A stretch of DNA of 64,000 nt from a bacterium (GTDB lineage Bacteria > RBG-13-61-14 > DATKZS01), in the NCBI GenBank assembly GCA_963674965.2, contig CAXXFL010000005.1, positions 704,001 to 768,000 of the forward strand, in the 5' to 3' direction. Made by a program: the position numbers and the translations under genes. Positions 31,544 to 41,524 of this stretch are shown piece after piece. Each line of letters begins with the position of its first letter. The stretch's first letter is position 1. Under the pieces are notes generated by a model. The model was not told where the DNA came from. It saw only the letters and a list, made by a program, of their open reading frames with translations, and did no database searches.

Positions 31544-32293
31544 TCATTCTTTGTTCTTCTTTTCTTCCTCCGGCGGCGGGGGCGAGACGCGAAGGGCGGC
31601 CCGATCCGTTCCCGTTGCCGTGAAAGCCCGGTTCATCTTCTCGAGGCTGGTCCAGCGGTCAGGGCCGAGACTGGGGTCGTGGTACCTGACCTTGTCCCTG
31701 GTAACGCCAGTCACCACCACGTTATAGCGGCAATAGGGAAGGCTCGAGTCGTCCCTCAAGACGGCCCTCGAAACGGAGAGCATCAGGAAGGACCCGTGAA
31801 GATACCACTTAAGCTCCTCGAAAATATCGGCCCCATGACTAATGAAGTTGGTCTCGGTTAAATAGGGCACGGCCCAGCCAAGGGCCTTCCGGTCGATCCT
31901 CCGACCCGCGTCAGTCCCGTAGCCGGCGGGGGTTTTTCCCTCCACCAGTCCTTTGTAATCCGTCTCCGAGCGGAGCTCGACCTGGTATCCCTTTTGAGCG
32001 AGGATGGGAATAAGCTGGGCCTCGAAGACCCAATAGCCCGGCCGATGAAATATCATGTCCGATACGTCCTCGACGGGAAAGTGCTCGTTGGGCTCGAAAT
32101 AGCCAAGCGCCATCCGGGCGCAGGCCAGTCCGCCGTAAAGGTCCGACCGCGCCGAGTAATAGGGCGCGCTTCTCGAAACCACGTCATCGGCCGGAGTGGA
32201 AGAGCATGGATAAAGCGACGAGGCCGCCAGCAGGGCCGAGGCTTTGATAAAGCCCCTTCTGTCCGGCGCGGGAAAAGCCAGGGCTTTTTTCAT
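31544..32293 (-). CDS. Tat-exported C39/GUCD1-like protein lacking catalytic residues
   Basis: RRGFIK leader; PYYS...GGLACARMALGY; VVVTG...YHDP; GTD near C-terminus. Confidence 0.6.
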   Translation of the reverse strand: MKKALAFPAPDRRGFIKASALLAASSLYPCSSTPADDVVSRSAPYYSARSDLYGGLACARMALGYFEPNEHFPVEDVSDMIFHRPGYWVFEAQLIPILAQKGYQVELRSETDYKGLVEGKTPAGYGTDAGRRIDRKALGWAVPYLTETNFISHGADIFEELKWYLHGSFLMLSVSRAVLRDDSSLPYCRYNVVVTGVTRDKVRYHDPSLGPDRWTSLEKMNRAFTATGTDRAALRVSPPPPEEEKKNKE

Positions 32294-33960
32294 GGCGTCC
32301 AGACTTCCCTCGAGCCAAGGTCCTCGTCCTCCCCGTCGTCGCTCGAGCCGGGGGCCGCGTACCAGTAGACCGTCGCGTTCACGTCAAGGAGCGTGGGCCG
32401 GTGATGGGATATCTCCATGTCGAAGACCACGCGCTCGTCAAAGGGAATGACGTCGAGCACGTGCCAGCGGTATTGGCTTACCACCGCCTTCTTAGCCGTG
32501 GCCCGCGAGACGGCTTCATAGAAAAAGGGAATGGGAAGGGCCTGGTAGATCGCCAATGGCTCCTTGGTGGGAAGGCTGACGCCGTGATAGGCGTGAGTGA
32601 ACTTCATGTACTGAACGCACCAGGCGTACCCGAAATAATCCTCCGTGCCCGTGCCGAAGATGGATGGAAACTCGTCGCCGTCAACCCAGATTTTCTCGTC
32701 CCCCTCGCCCCACCAGAAAAGCTCCATGGGGTTCCGGACGTTCATCTGGAGGCCAACGAAGCTGCCCTTCCCCTTCGCCTCGAGCATCCTCATGTCGCTG
32801 ATCGGGCGGGTCTTGAGGGCGTTGACCTCGCGCCAGTCCGCGTGAAAATACATCGAGTCGCCACGCCAAGCCCGGGGCGAATGGACCACGCGGGCGGTCA
32901 GGTTCAGGCTGACGTCGCTTCTATTGTCGAGGGTTATCCGGGCCGAGCTTTGAAAGGGCATGACCCAGCGGGAAGTAAGGCGGGCGCCGTCGGGCGTCGG
33001 AGTAATGTCCGCGGGAAGCGACCTCATTTCCGGCGCTCCCGGCGAGGACCCGAAGAAGTCTCCCAGCGGTACCCGGACGGAGGGCTGATCCTCCCCGTCC
33101 CAGCGTATGTGGAGGGCGGTTTGTCCCAGGGCCTTGGCCAGGTCCCGGTCCCCGCCGGAGATTTCGATCTCGAGCAGGCGAATGGCCCCGGGTCCCTCCA
33201 GTGAAATCAGCTCGCCCGAGACGCCGGGCGCCAGGCTAAGGTCGACTCTTTCCTCGAGGTCTTCCGGACCCTCGGTAAAGGACGGATCATCGAGCCGGGA
33301 AGCGGTCTCTTCAATTTTGGGTCGCGCCGCCTCGAGTCCGGCCATGGTAAAGGGAACGACCCTTGTCCCCTCCGGATATAACCTCAAGTCAACGTGATAA
33401 TACATCAAAGGCGCCCGGCTTCCCTTTTGTCCGTGCCGATGCGACACGGTAACCTTGATCGACTTGGAAAAAGGCACGGGAAAAATGAAGTTGCCGCCCA
33501 TGGCCCGGCGCCCGGAATAGGCCGGTCCCCAAGGATCGATTTTTCCGCCCAGCAGTTCCTTGCCCTTGGCCTCGATGACCGGCTCCTCCGAACCGTCTAT
33601 ATACACCCGCCAGGTCCGGCCGCCCGGATTGGCCGACCACAGACGGACCAGCGCGCCGGGGCCCTCGGCCTCGGCCATGACGTACTCGTAGCCCCGAGCG
33701 GTCTTCTCGCCCCTTAAGTACTGGCCCAGGTCCACGTTGGCGTGCCAGTATATGGTCTCGCCGTCCTTGATCTTCGAGCCCCGGTCGTAGCTCGAGAACT
33801 GGACCATCCTCGAGCCGTCGGGAAAGGCCCGGGCCAGCCGCTCCAGGTCAACCATTTCATCGAGAAGACCCTCCATGGTGATCTCATCGCCCAAGGCCGA
33901 GCCGGCCGAGAAAAGAATAAGGACCGCGGCCATGAGGTATCTTGCCCGTTTGAAAATCAT
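32290..33960 (-). CDS. DUF2961 / glycoside hydrolase family 172 protein, secreted
   Basis: SSYDR, GPG...RLWS, VPLGDFFG, WWGEGDEKIWVDG, GTGTEDYFG. Confidence 0.9.
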   Translation of the reverse strand: MIFKRARYLMAAVLILFSAGSALGDEITMEGLLDEMVDLERLARAFPDGSRMVQFSSYDRGSKIKDGETIYWHANVDLGQYLRGEKTARGYEYVMAEAEGPGALVRLWSANPGGRTWRVYIDGSEEPVIEAKGKELLGGKIDPWGPAYSGRRAMGGNFIFPVPFSKSIKVTVSHRHGQKGSRAPLMYYHVDLRLYPEGTRVVPFTMAGLEAARPKIEETASRLDDPSFTEGPEDLEERVDLSLAPGVSGELISLEGPGAIRLLEIEISGGDRDLAKALGQTALHIRWDGEDQPSVRVPLGDFFGSSPGAPEMRSLPADITPTPDGARLTSRWVMPFQSSARITLDNRSDVSLNLTARVVHSPRAWRGDSMYFHADWREVNALKTRPISDMRMLEAKGKGSFVGLQMNVRNPMELFWWGEGDEKIWVDGDEFPSIFGTGTEDYFGYAWCVQYMKFTHAYHGVSLPTKEPLAIYQALPIPFFYEAVSRATAKKAVVSQYRWHVLDVIPFDERVVFDMEISHHRPTLLDVNATVYWYAAPGSSDDGEDEDLGSREVWTP

Positions 33961-33985
33961 GCCTTCCTCCCCGGCGTAAAAGGAC

Positions 33986-34579
33986 CTAGTCCACGCCTTC
34001 CTTTGCTTTGTACTTTAAAAGCCGCTCGCGCAGCAATATGCACGCGCCGGCAATATTCTCGAGGTCGCCGTCGTTATATACCGCGGCCGAGACGGAAAGG
34101 GCCTTCCCGCCGGGCGACTCCATATAAATCCTGGCGCTGAAGACTCCCGATTCCTCGTGGGGATAAAGGGGAGATACAAGGACCTGATAGTCCCCGGCCT
34201 CGGCCGCCCCGTAAGGCGGCTTGACCGCCTCCATGTCGCCAAGGACCAGAGATAGCTCGTCGCCGCCTTCTCCCGCCACGCCGGATATAAAGCGCGCCCG
34301 GAACCCGCCGCCGGCCAGGTCCCGCTGGAAGCTGAGTTCGTACTTGGACGGCACGCGGGCCATAAAGCCGTTTATCTCATGGGTCTCGTATTTATCCGCG
34401 CTTATGCGGCCGTCTCCCGAGAGCGCCTCAGCCAGAATTCGAGTCTTCTCGACCGCGATCACCCTGGGGTCCGAGGCCCCCTCCTCGATGGTCTTTTTGA
34501 ATCCAAAGCCGACAATCCCGAAAAAGGCCGCCAGGCCCACGTAAAATACGGCCAATAAAATCTTTCGCGTTTTATCCAT
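33986..34579 (-). CDS. Membrane-anchored hypothetical protein
   Basis: N-terminal TM; co-oriented within the operon. Confidence 0.65.
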   Translation of the reverse strand: MDKTRKILLAVFYVGLAAFFGIVGFGFKKTIEEGASDPRVIAVEKTRILAEALSGDGRISADKYETHEINGFMARVPSKYELSFQRDLAGGGFRARFISGVAGEGGDELSLVLGDMEAVKPPYGAAEAGDYQVLVSPLYPHEESGVFSARIYMESPGGKALSVSAAVYNDGDLENIAGACILLRERLLKYKAKEGVD

Positions 34580-34644
34580 CTTGCCTTTTCCCCTTAATTT
34601 ATCACCCGTTGCCGCTTAAGAAAAGACCGGCGGCCGGCCGGGTC

Positions 34645-36348
34645 CTAAGGTCGGTCTTCCGCAACCGATCCTTTCCTCACCATGATCTTTATGCTCCCGA
34701 AGCGGGCGGCTTCTTCATAGGCGGCAAAGAGGTATCCCTCCATGGCCTTGGCCTGCGGCTCGAAGGCCACCCTTTTGATATGTTCTCCTTCCACTCGGAG
34801 GACCGCCACTTTGGGCTTTTTCTCCTCCAGGTCGGCGATGGTTTCCATCAGTATCCGCTGGTTGAAAACCTCGTAGTTGAAGAAAAGGTAGTAGGTCGCG
34901 GGCGAGCGGCCGGCCAGAGGATAGAGCGCCAGGTCCCAAGGATAGACGAATATCCCGTCGTCGGGCGCGGCGTTGGCGTCTATCCAGTCCAGGGCGCCCT
35001 TTAGCTCGAGGGCCTCCTCGGGCGAGACCCGGATCAGCTCGAGACCCGGGTAGTCCACCTTTTCGGTCTGCCGCCATTTGGGGCCCATGGCGTAGCTCAT
35101 GTAGGGCGTGGAAAGATCGAGCCAGATCCCGGCGAGGAAAAGCGCGGACAAGAGGACTAGGCCCATTTTGTGAAAACCCCGGCCGCTTTCGTCCCTGGAA
35201 AGGCGCCTGAGAAAAAGGCCCGCGAAAAAAACAAAACCGCTCGAGCCGATTAGAACGTGACCAAGGTCGACGCTGGACAATAAAGATACCGCGAATAAAA
35301 GGCCGGCGTAGGTCCTGAGTAGTATCCATCTTTCGTTCGGCTCGCCTTTTTCAGTCCGGGTCAGGAAAATAAAGGAAGTCGATACCAGGGCGGCCAGGTA
35401 AGGGGCCGTAACCTGCCAGGGCCAGGCTTGCCCCGCGATAAGAAAGATTAGCGCGCCAAGAGCGAAAAGAAGAGGCGCGGCGTACCAGGGCGATCGGGAC
35501 CACGAGATTATACGCGTCGCGGCGTAGACGCAGGATACGCCGGCCACGAGGAGTAGGGCCGCTGGTATAAACACCGTTAGAAGAAAGAACTTCTTCAAGG
35601 ACGCGATGCCGCCCAGGCAATAGGCCGCCTCGGACAGGGCGCCGTTAAGGGCCAGGTAGACGAGCAGGATGAACGCGGGCAGGGCGAGTCCGAGTATGGG
35701 CAAAAAGGACCGGCGGACAAGATCGCGCGTCCCGCCCGGTCCTCGGGTAAGAAAGAGCGTTATAGCGGGTAGCGCGGCCGCGGGCAGCCCGAGGGTCTGC
35801 TTGGTCATGGCGGCCATGCCGCCAAAGAGCCCGCCCAGAAATAATAGCCGGGCCTTTCGGTCGTCCATATACCTTATGTAAAAGGCGAGGCTCACGAGAA
35901 GAAAAAACGACGAGTCCAGGTTGTAATGGGGAAATATTCCCAGGGCGACGGAATAAGGAATGTAGAATAGGGCCGGGACCAGGGAATAGGGATAGGACAA
36001 GGTCCGCCGCCCGATATCGAGCGCGATCAGGATGATGGCCATGCCCTCGAGGACCGCGAAAACCCGTCCGGTTATGACGTGGAAACCGAAGGTCTTGATT
36101 AGGGCCGCCTGGATGAAGAAGCCCAGCGGCGTCATATGGGCGTGAAGGTCGAGGTAAGGGACGCGTCCCCTCGCGATCTCGTAGCCCTGGAGCAGGTACC
36201 AGCCCTCGTCGGGCATGTTTATACCCCGGTTGAAAAGGAGAAGGAACCAGACGTCGGCGGCCGCCAGGATGGCGACGATCGTACCGGCGCCTGGTCTTAG
36301 CTTGGAATCAGCCGGGCCTTGCAAGCTCGATCTCCCCGAAAAATGCAT
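34645..36348 (-). CDS. GT-C fold (GT39-like) membrane glycosyltransferase
   Basis: PDEGWY, G.VPY.D, TKQ..G, many TMs, C-terminal soluble domain. Confidence 0.78.
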   Translation of the reverse strand: MHFSGRSSLQGPADSKLRPGAGTIVAILAAADVWFLLLFNRGINMPDEGWYLLQGYEIARGRVPYLDLHAHMTPLGFFIQAALIKTFGFHVITGRVFAVLEGMAIILIALDIGRRTLSYPYSLVPALFYIPYSVALGIFPHYNLDSSFFLLVSLAFYIRYMDDRKARLLFLGGLFGGMAAMTKQTLGLPAAALPAITLFLTRGPGGTRDLVRRSFLPILGLALPAFILLVYLALNGALSEAAYCLGGIASLKKFFLLTVFIPAALLLVAGVSCVYAATRIISWSRSPWYAAPLLFALGALIFLIAGQAWPWQVTAPYLAALVSTSFIFLTRTEKGEPNERWILLRTYAGLLFAVSLLSSVDLGHVLIGSSGFVFFAGLFLRRLSRDESGRGFHKMGLVLLSALFLAGIWLDLSTPYMSYAMGPKWRQTEKVDYPGLELIRVSPEEALELKGALDWIDANAAPDDGIFVYPWDLALYPLAGRSPATYYLFFNYEVFNQRILMETIADLEEKKPKVAVLRVEGEHIKRVAFEPQAKAMEGYLFAAYEEAARFGSIKIMVRKGSVAEDRP

Positions 36349-37090
36349 TTGAATCCTTGAGCCGAAAGTATTCCTCCATGGCCTCGAGGTCCGCCACCAG
36401 GGTGACCGCCGGGTGATCGTGCAGGAAAGTGGCGGGCACGTCCGGAGTGGGCGGAGTAGTAAGCGTTCGGGCCAGTATGCCCGATTTCTCCCAGCCCGTC
36501 ACCACCAGTAGTATTTGTTTTGCCTCCAGGATGGTGGCCACGCCCATGGTGATGGCCCGGGCGGGAGTCGAGTCGATAATCCGAAAGTCGTTCGAGTTCA
36601 CGTCCCTCGTCAGAAGGCTGAGGTCGATGATCCTGGTCCTCGAGTCGCGGGCCGAGCCTGGCTCGTTGAACCCCACGTGTCCGTTCCGGCCCAGTCCCAG
36701 CGCCTGGAGATCGATTCCCCCCGCCCGCCGGATAAGTTCCTCGTAGCGCTCGCACTCGAGGACCGGATCGGGCGCCTTGCCGTCGGGCATGTGGAAATTC
36801 TCCGGCGCTATGTCCACCTGTCCGACCAGGCGGGTGAGCATGAACTCGTGAAAGGAATCGTAATCTCCCTTTCCCACGCCCACGTACTCGTCCAGGTTGA
36901 AGGTGGCCGCTCGGCTCAGGCTGAGGCCCTCCTCCTGGTGGAGCCTGACCAACTCGCCGTAAACGGGGATCATGGTATGACCCGTGGCCAGGCCCAATAC
37001 CAGGTCGGGCTTGTCCATTACCTTCCTTCGAATTATTCGGGCCGCCTCGCGCCCAGCCGAGTGGGCGTCGGCCCTTATTACCGCGCGCAT
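36308..37090 (-). CDS. nagB: Glucosamine-6-phosphate deaminase
   Basis: LGLATG, TFNLDEY, LGLGRNGHVGFNEPG, AITMG; true start ATG 37090 (the ORF-track extension is antisense to the next gene). Confidence 0.95.
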   Translation of the reverse strand: MRAVIRADAHSAGREAARIIRRKVMDKPDLVLGLATGHTMIPVYGELVRLHQEEGLSLSRAATFNLDEYVGVGKGDYDSFHEFMLTRLVGQVDIAPENFHMPDGKAPDPVLECERYEELIRRAGGIDLQALGLGRNGHVGFNEPGSARDSRTRIIDLSLLTRDVNSNDFRIIDSTPARAITMGVATILEAKQILLVVTGWEKSGILARTLTTPPTPDVPATFLHDHPAVTLVADLEAMEEYFRLKDSNAFFGEIELARPG

Positions 37091-37179
37091 GCGTCGCCTC
37101 CAGCCGCTAACCGGCCCGGCCATTATAGACCCGATTCGAGGGGAGCGTAAACCTTTCTCGGCGAAAATCGACATTTGAA

Positions 37180-37209
37180 TTGACCGGGAGAGGCCAGTTC
37201 TGCTAGAAT
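37180..37209 (+). promoter_or_regulatory. Candidate sigma70 promoter
   Basis: TTGACC-N18-TAGAAT with TG extended -10. Confidence 0.45.
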
Positions 37210-37268
37210 AGTCAAGCCGGCGGAAACCGACGGCCCGTCCTTTTGTTACACGCGCAAGGAGGCGCCAT

Positions 37269-37727
37269 ATGGAGATTATCGAGCTGATTGGAAAGGTCCG
37301 TATTTTCCACGGATTGTCCGAGACGGAGATGGAGCAATTCGCCGCCATGAGCGCGGAGGAGATTTTTCCCAAGGACACGGTGATCATCGAGGAGAACACC
37401 GAGGGAAGGGCCTTGTATATTGTCAAACGGGGCACGGTTAGCGTGTCCAAGGTTGACGGCGAGGTCGAGACCGAGCTTACCAAGCTGGTGGCCGGCGAGG
37501 CCTTCGGCGAGATGAGCCTCATCGAGGACGCCAAGACCTCGGCCCGCGTCACCGCTTACAACGAGGTGGAATGCCTGGTTATCGGGCGCGACCCCTTCCT
37601 CGAGCTCATGAGCAGGGATGACTCCATCGCCGCCCGTGTCTACAAGAACTTTACCCAGGTGTTGTCCGAGAGGCTTCGCGCCACTTCCCGCGAGCTTAGC
37701 ACCTGGAAGCCCGACATCGAATTTTAA
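37269..37727 (+). CDS. Stand-alone cyclic nucleotide-binding domain protein
   Basis: LYIV..G.V.V, FGEMSLI...SA.V.A; AAGGAGG RBS. Confidence 0.9.
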   Translation: MEIIELIGKVRIFHGLSETEMEQFAAMSAEEIFPKDTVIIEENTEGRALYIVKRGTVSVSKVDGEVETELTKLVAGEAFGEMSLIEDAKTSARVTAYNEVECLVIGRDPFLELMSRDDSIAARVYKNFTQVLSERLRATSRELSTWKPDIEF

Positions 37728-37753
37728 CTTTAATACCGTTAGGATAGCCATCG

Positions 37754-37780
37754 AGTCCGGTTTTTACGCCGGACTTTTTT
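37754..37780 (+). terminator. Rho-independent terminator
   Basis: AGTCCGG/CCGGACT stem followed by a T run. Confidence 0.65.
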
Positions 37781-37941
37781 ATCCTGCCCCGCCTCCCGCG
37801 CCCGCCATATTTTTGCCACAATTCTCCACTATCTTTCCATTTTTGGGACACGATAAAAGACTATTTATTTTGTATGGTCCTCGTCAAAAGAGATATTTCG
37901 AGACGAGTTAAGCGCAATATTATCCCAAGGAGACCGGGCAG

Positions 37942-38490
37942 GTGAAAAGAAAAGTCATCATCTTAGGGGCGGGAATAGTCTGTATGTCAGTTCTATCATC
38001 GGTGCTCCGTGATAGCCTTTTCCATCTACTGATAAGTTTCGGTCTGGCCGTAATTGCATCTCTTTGCTTTTTGATATTAGCCGGAGTCGGAATTTTGCTG
38101 GGAAAGCGCCTACGCTATGCCCGGACCTTCGCTTCCATCTTTTTTATGCTGTTTTTGGTATGCGCGCCGCAAATGCTCGTCTTTCCCGTCGGCTGGGCTC
38201 TCGAAAAAAAAGACGTTCGAGACGCTAAAAAGTACTGTGAATCTCTCATCCCCAGGCTTGAGGAGTATAAGGAGGCCTCAGGCTGCTATCCCCGGGACGT
38301 CGACATGGTTATCGATCCGTCCAGAAGATTGCCCAGATTATTTCAAGATGATCGTTTGTTCAGCGGCGACGGTTTTTATCATGGCAGTTGCTACGGTTTC
38401 GAGTTTAATTTTGAAGATACAGGTGATATTTTCGGTATGTGCATGTATCACTATTGGAGCTCCGAGGGCGTTTGGTTCTCGGATGATTGA
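37942..38490 (+). CDS. Hypothetical membrane protein (lower GC)
   Basis: AAGGAG RBS + GTG; 3 TMs; LEEYK...G.YP motif. Confidence 0.65.
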   Translation: MKRKVIILGAGIVCMSVLSSVLRDSLFHLLISFGLAVIASLCFLILAGVGILLGKRLRYARTFASIFFMLFLVCAPQMLVFPVGWALEKKDVRDAKKYCESLIPRLEEYKEASGCYPRDVDMVIDPSRRLPRLFQDDRLFSGDGFYHGSCYGFEFNFEDTGDIFGMCMYHYWSSEGVWFSDD

Positions 38491-38553
38491 CGGAAAAGCG
38501 CGAGCCGGGACCGGCCGTTTAATCCGCCGCCAACCCGGAGGGAGACGGACAAC

Positions 38554-39339
38554 ATGGATAAATTGATAATCGCGGTCGCGTCGGCCTTTTTCATCTTTTC
38601 CTTTTCCGCTTGCGTGACGGAGAGGAGCGCCGTCGCGAGCAAGAAAGACCTCACGCCCGCGCCGGGCATATGTACGAGCGAGGAACTCACGCGAATCGGA
38701 GGCAAGCGCGTCTGGCGTTGCTCGGGGGAGACGGCTTTTTTCTATGAGGCGGGCATGGCCATCGACGCGGACGGCGCGCCCAACGCCTATCACTCGGACG
38801 GCTCGAGGGCGCTTTGCTACCTGGCCAACGCGGGCAAGCCCGGCAACTGGTGGGCCCTGGTCACGGACAACGGCCGGCGCGACGGCAATCCCCTCGTACA
38901 GGATGAGGACGACCCATATCCCGGCTTTTATATCTCCATGACGTCCCTCGAGGATAAAACCAAGGACGTGGACGACCCGAGCAGATACGTTAACGCGACC
39001 CAAATCCCCTATATCGTACTTCCCGGCGGCATGGCGGGAGGGGCCGGCCTGGGCGACTACGCCGTCGTCATCAACCGGAAAAACGGCAGGTTGGCCTACG
39101 CCATCTTCGCCGACGTGGGTCCCCGTCACAAAATAGGCGAGGGATCGATCGCCCTGGCCCGGGAACTGGATATCAATTTCTCGTCCAAAAGAGGCGGAGT
39201 TGGCTCGGGGATCAGGTACCTGGTTTTTCCCGGCTCCGGCGACGGCCAACCCAAGTCGGCCGAAACCATCGAGCGGGAAGGAGAGAGGCTCTTCCGGGAA
39301 TGGGGCGGAATGGACCGCTTGAACAAGGCGGTCCCCTGA
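38554..39339 (+). CDS. Glycoside hydrolase family 75 (chitosanase-like) lipoprotein
   Basis: Lipobox FSAC; IDADG, IPYIVLP, LGD, YAIFADVGP..KIGEGSIALA. Confidence 0.85.
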   Translation: MDKLIIAVASAFFIFSFSACVTERSAVASKKDLTPAPGICTSEELTRIGGKRVWRCSGETAFFYEAGMAIDADGAPNAYHSDGSRALCYLANAGKPGNWWALVTDNGRRDGNPLVQDEDDPYPGFYISMTSLEDKTKDVDDPSRYVNATQIPYIVLPGGMAGGAGLGDYAVVINRKNGRLAYAIFADVGPRHKIGEGSIALARELDINFSSKRGGVGSGIRYLVFPGSGDGQPKSAETIEREGERLFREWGGMDRLNKAVP

Positions 39340-39417
39340 GCGGGGATTAACCGCCGGACCCGGACGGTTCTATAATCGGCCCGCCCGGCGGGGCGCTTGG
39401 CTTGAATAGTCTTCCGA

Positions 39418-40030
39418 TCACCTCCACTCGAGTTTTCGCTTCAGGTCGTTGCAATGGGCGTGCGGAAGTTTCCCCATGTGCTGAAGCCGTCCTACCACTA
39501 TGCCGGGAGATATTCCGATCGAACGAGCGAACCTTGTAATCGAGGCTTTACTGAGGGAGTATTTTTTCAGGAATTCACGCATTTCCTCCGGCGGTATCAG
39601 GATTTGGGCCGCGAACGCGTTCGCCCTCGCTTCATGGTCAAAATCGTTTTTATAATTGGGCGAATCCAGAAATATGGTCATCTTGTGCTCCTCCAGCACG
39701 CGCTTGGCTTCATGGAAAAAAGTGAACCAGAGGTGATCGATGGTTTTATACCTGAGGCTCAACTGGATAAGGACCTTGTCAGAAGCAAGTCACCTCGTCG
39801 CACCGCCGGCCTTTATTTTTGGAAGCTCTCATACGAAAACGACCGCGACCCCGCGTTTGGCGCATAGCTCGGTAAGCCGGGGTTCTAATACCTCGGGGGC
39901 AGGACGGTAAGTTTGCGAGCCTCCTTCAGAGCCTTCGTGAAGCCGGGTCCGTCGTAGGGGTCTAGGCAAATTTCCTGGGACGCTTTTTCTCCCGCTTGCA
40001 TCCAGGCCGCCAGAGCGTAGGCGTCGTTGA
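39418..40030 (-). pseudogene. Decayed ImmA/IrrE (HigA-ImmA type) metallopeptidase
   Basis: DAYALAAW...LT, then a frameshift near 39895-39900, then GVAVVFV*ELPK...GATR*L..DK.LIQLSLRYK..DHLWFTFFHEAKR; in-frame TGA at 39829-39831 and 39790-39792; HTH region missing. Confidence 0.85.
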
Positions 40031-40093
40031 AATGTAAACTTTGCGCCGCGCGGCCCGCGATTGACGATGCTTAATTAACTGTTAGAAACCATC

Positions 40094-41347
40094 TTATAGA
40101 ATTATACCTTTAAGTGAGAGGCATTCCCTAACTTCGTTCAATATGGAAGAAGGAACTGGATTTCCGGACAGATCGATAATCATTCCAGGGTCAAAATGGT
40201 GGCCGTACAACGCAAGGTCGCTATAGTCCGGCATTGAATCGCAAAGTCCATCCAGGCTTTTCACTCGGTTATTTGACAGGTTCAAGGTTATAGAATAATA
40301 AGGCAGGTCGGCCAAGTCGGTCAAGTATCCGTTTTCATCAACTAACCCCGAGCAATGACTTCCATGTTCGTCTTCTTTGGCAATGCACTCCCATAAATGA
40401 ATAGGCAGGCTTTTTACCCCGGCCAGACATGAAATATCTTCAATCTTGTTCGAGGACATGTCAATGGTCGCTGGAAAAATATTTTGTTCCTGCATCTTGG
40501 CAAGGGGCGTAACGTCTAAAATATCATTGCCGGAAATGCGTACCTCCTGAATCTTGGGCATGAGCAAAAGGGGAGAGATATCCCGAATACGGTTTTCGCT
40601 CAGATCGATTTTATAAATTTCCCAATGGTTACAAAGCGCCGAGAAATCGCGGATTTTATTTTTCCCCAGGTTGGCCACTCTGAGGAGGGACATTTTTTCA
40701 AGCGCGTCGATCCTTGAAACTCGGTTGTTTGCAAGATTAATCTCGGACATTCTCCCGAGACCGCTGAGAGGGGAGAGGTCGCGGACCTTATTATTTGAAA
40801 GGTCCAGGACCTCTAGGCTCTTCAGGCTGGAAAGAGCGGACAAATCAGAAATCTCGTTATCCCGCAGACTCAGTCCTTTTACATTTTTCAGACCAGATAG
40901 AAAGCCGATATCATTGAGGCCGGTCGAATCGAGATTAAGGTACTCGAGTCCGGAAGCGCCGGACAGGCCGTCGAGGTCCTGAAGGGGATTGAATGAAAGA
41001 TTGGCATCTTGTAATTTCTTTATATCGCGCAAGGGCGAAAGGTCGGATATCTCGTTGAAAGAGATATCAAGCTTTTGAAGATTCACGCAATGCTCGACGC
41101 CGCCAAGGCTTTTTATTCCCCTAAGCGAAAAGGAAATTTCCTTTACCTCGTCCAACTCCCATTTGAAAATTGCGGATGCTTTTTTCTTGTGCTCCCCGGC
41201 AAGGATTGACCAGAAAACGTAACCATGCAATTTAGGGTCTTCGAACCAGACCGGCTTTACATAGAGCCACAAAGTATAAAAGGAAACAGCGAAAGCTATT
41301 CCCAGCGCGGTTAAAACCAAAGTAATGGTTTTTGTTTTGAGCTTCAT
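40094..41347 (-). CDS. Internalin-like leucine-rich repeat protein with N-terminal membrane anchor
   Basis: About ten 22-aa LxxLxLxxNxIxDLSPL repeats; AT-richer than the flanks; current ATG lies inside a MITE end. Confidence 0.9.
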   Translation of the reverse strand: MKLKTKTITLVLTALGIAFAVSFYTLWLYVKPVWFEDPKLHGYVFWSILAGEHKKKASAIFKWELDEVKEISFSLRGIKSLGGVEHCVNLQKLDISFNEISDLSPLRDIKKLQDANLSFNPLQDLDGLSGASGLEYLNLDSTGLNDIGFLSGLKNVKGLSLRDNEISDLSALSSLKSLEVLDLSNNKVRDLSPLSGLGRMSEINLANNRVSRIDALEKMSLLRVANLGKNKIRDFSALCNHWEIYKIDLSENRIRDISPLLLMPKIQEVRISGNDILDVTPLAKMQEQNIFPATIDMSSNKIEDISCLAGVKSLPIHLWECIAKEDEHGSHCSGLVDENGYLTDLADLPYYSITLNLSNNRVKSLDGLCDSMPDYSDLALYGHHFDPGMIIDLSGNPVPSSILNEVRECLSLKGIIL

Positions 41348-41524
41348 GCAAAAGTCCTTTTCTTTGCGGCATAGCCGCTTTGGAGTGCGGTCGCTTGAGA
41401 CCGCTTTCGATGGCCTTGGCTTGACAAGGCCTATTAATACACCGGCTTGCCTCGCGTCAAGCCGCTCGGAAGAAAAGCGGCGTCGAGCCGCCGCACTCCA
41501 AAGCGGGAATTTTGCAAGAGGCTC
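41339..41524. mobile_element. 186-bp MITE, copy 1
   Basis: TIRs GAGCTTCATGCAAAA / GAGCCTCTTGCAAAA; GTTTT direct repeats at 41334-41338 and 41525-41529; internal 16-bp perfect IR 41375-41390 / 41491-41506. Confidence 0.88.

Noticed and set aside
37091-37552. Apparent long N-terminal extension of NagB
   Set aside because: Antisense to the cNMP gene and its promoter; NagB homology starts at 37090.
39790-39831. Two in-frame TGA as possible recoding (Trp or Sec)
   Set aside because: TGA terminates many genes here, and the same region has a frameshift and a lost HExxH, so it is a pseudogene.
40400-41100. Periodic sequence as a possible CRISPR or tandem DNA repeat
   Set aside because: The periodicity is the 22-aa LRR; there are no identical DNA repeats.
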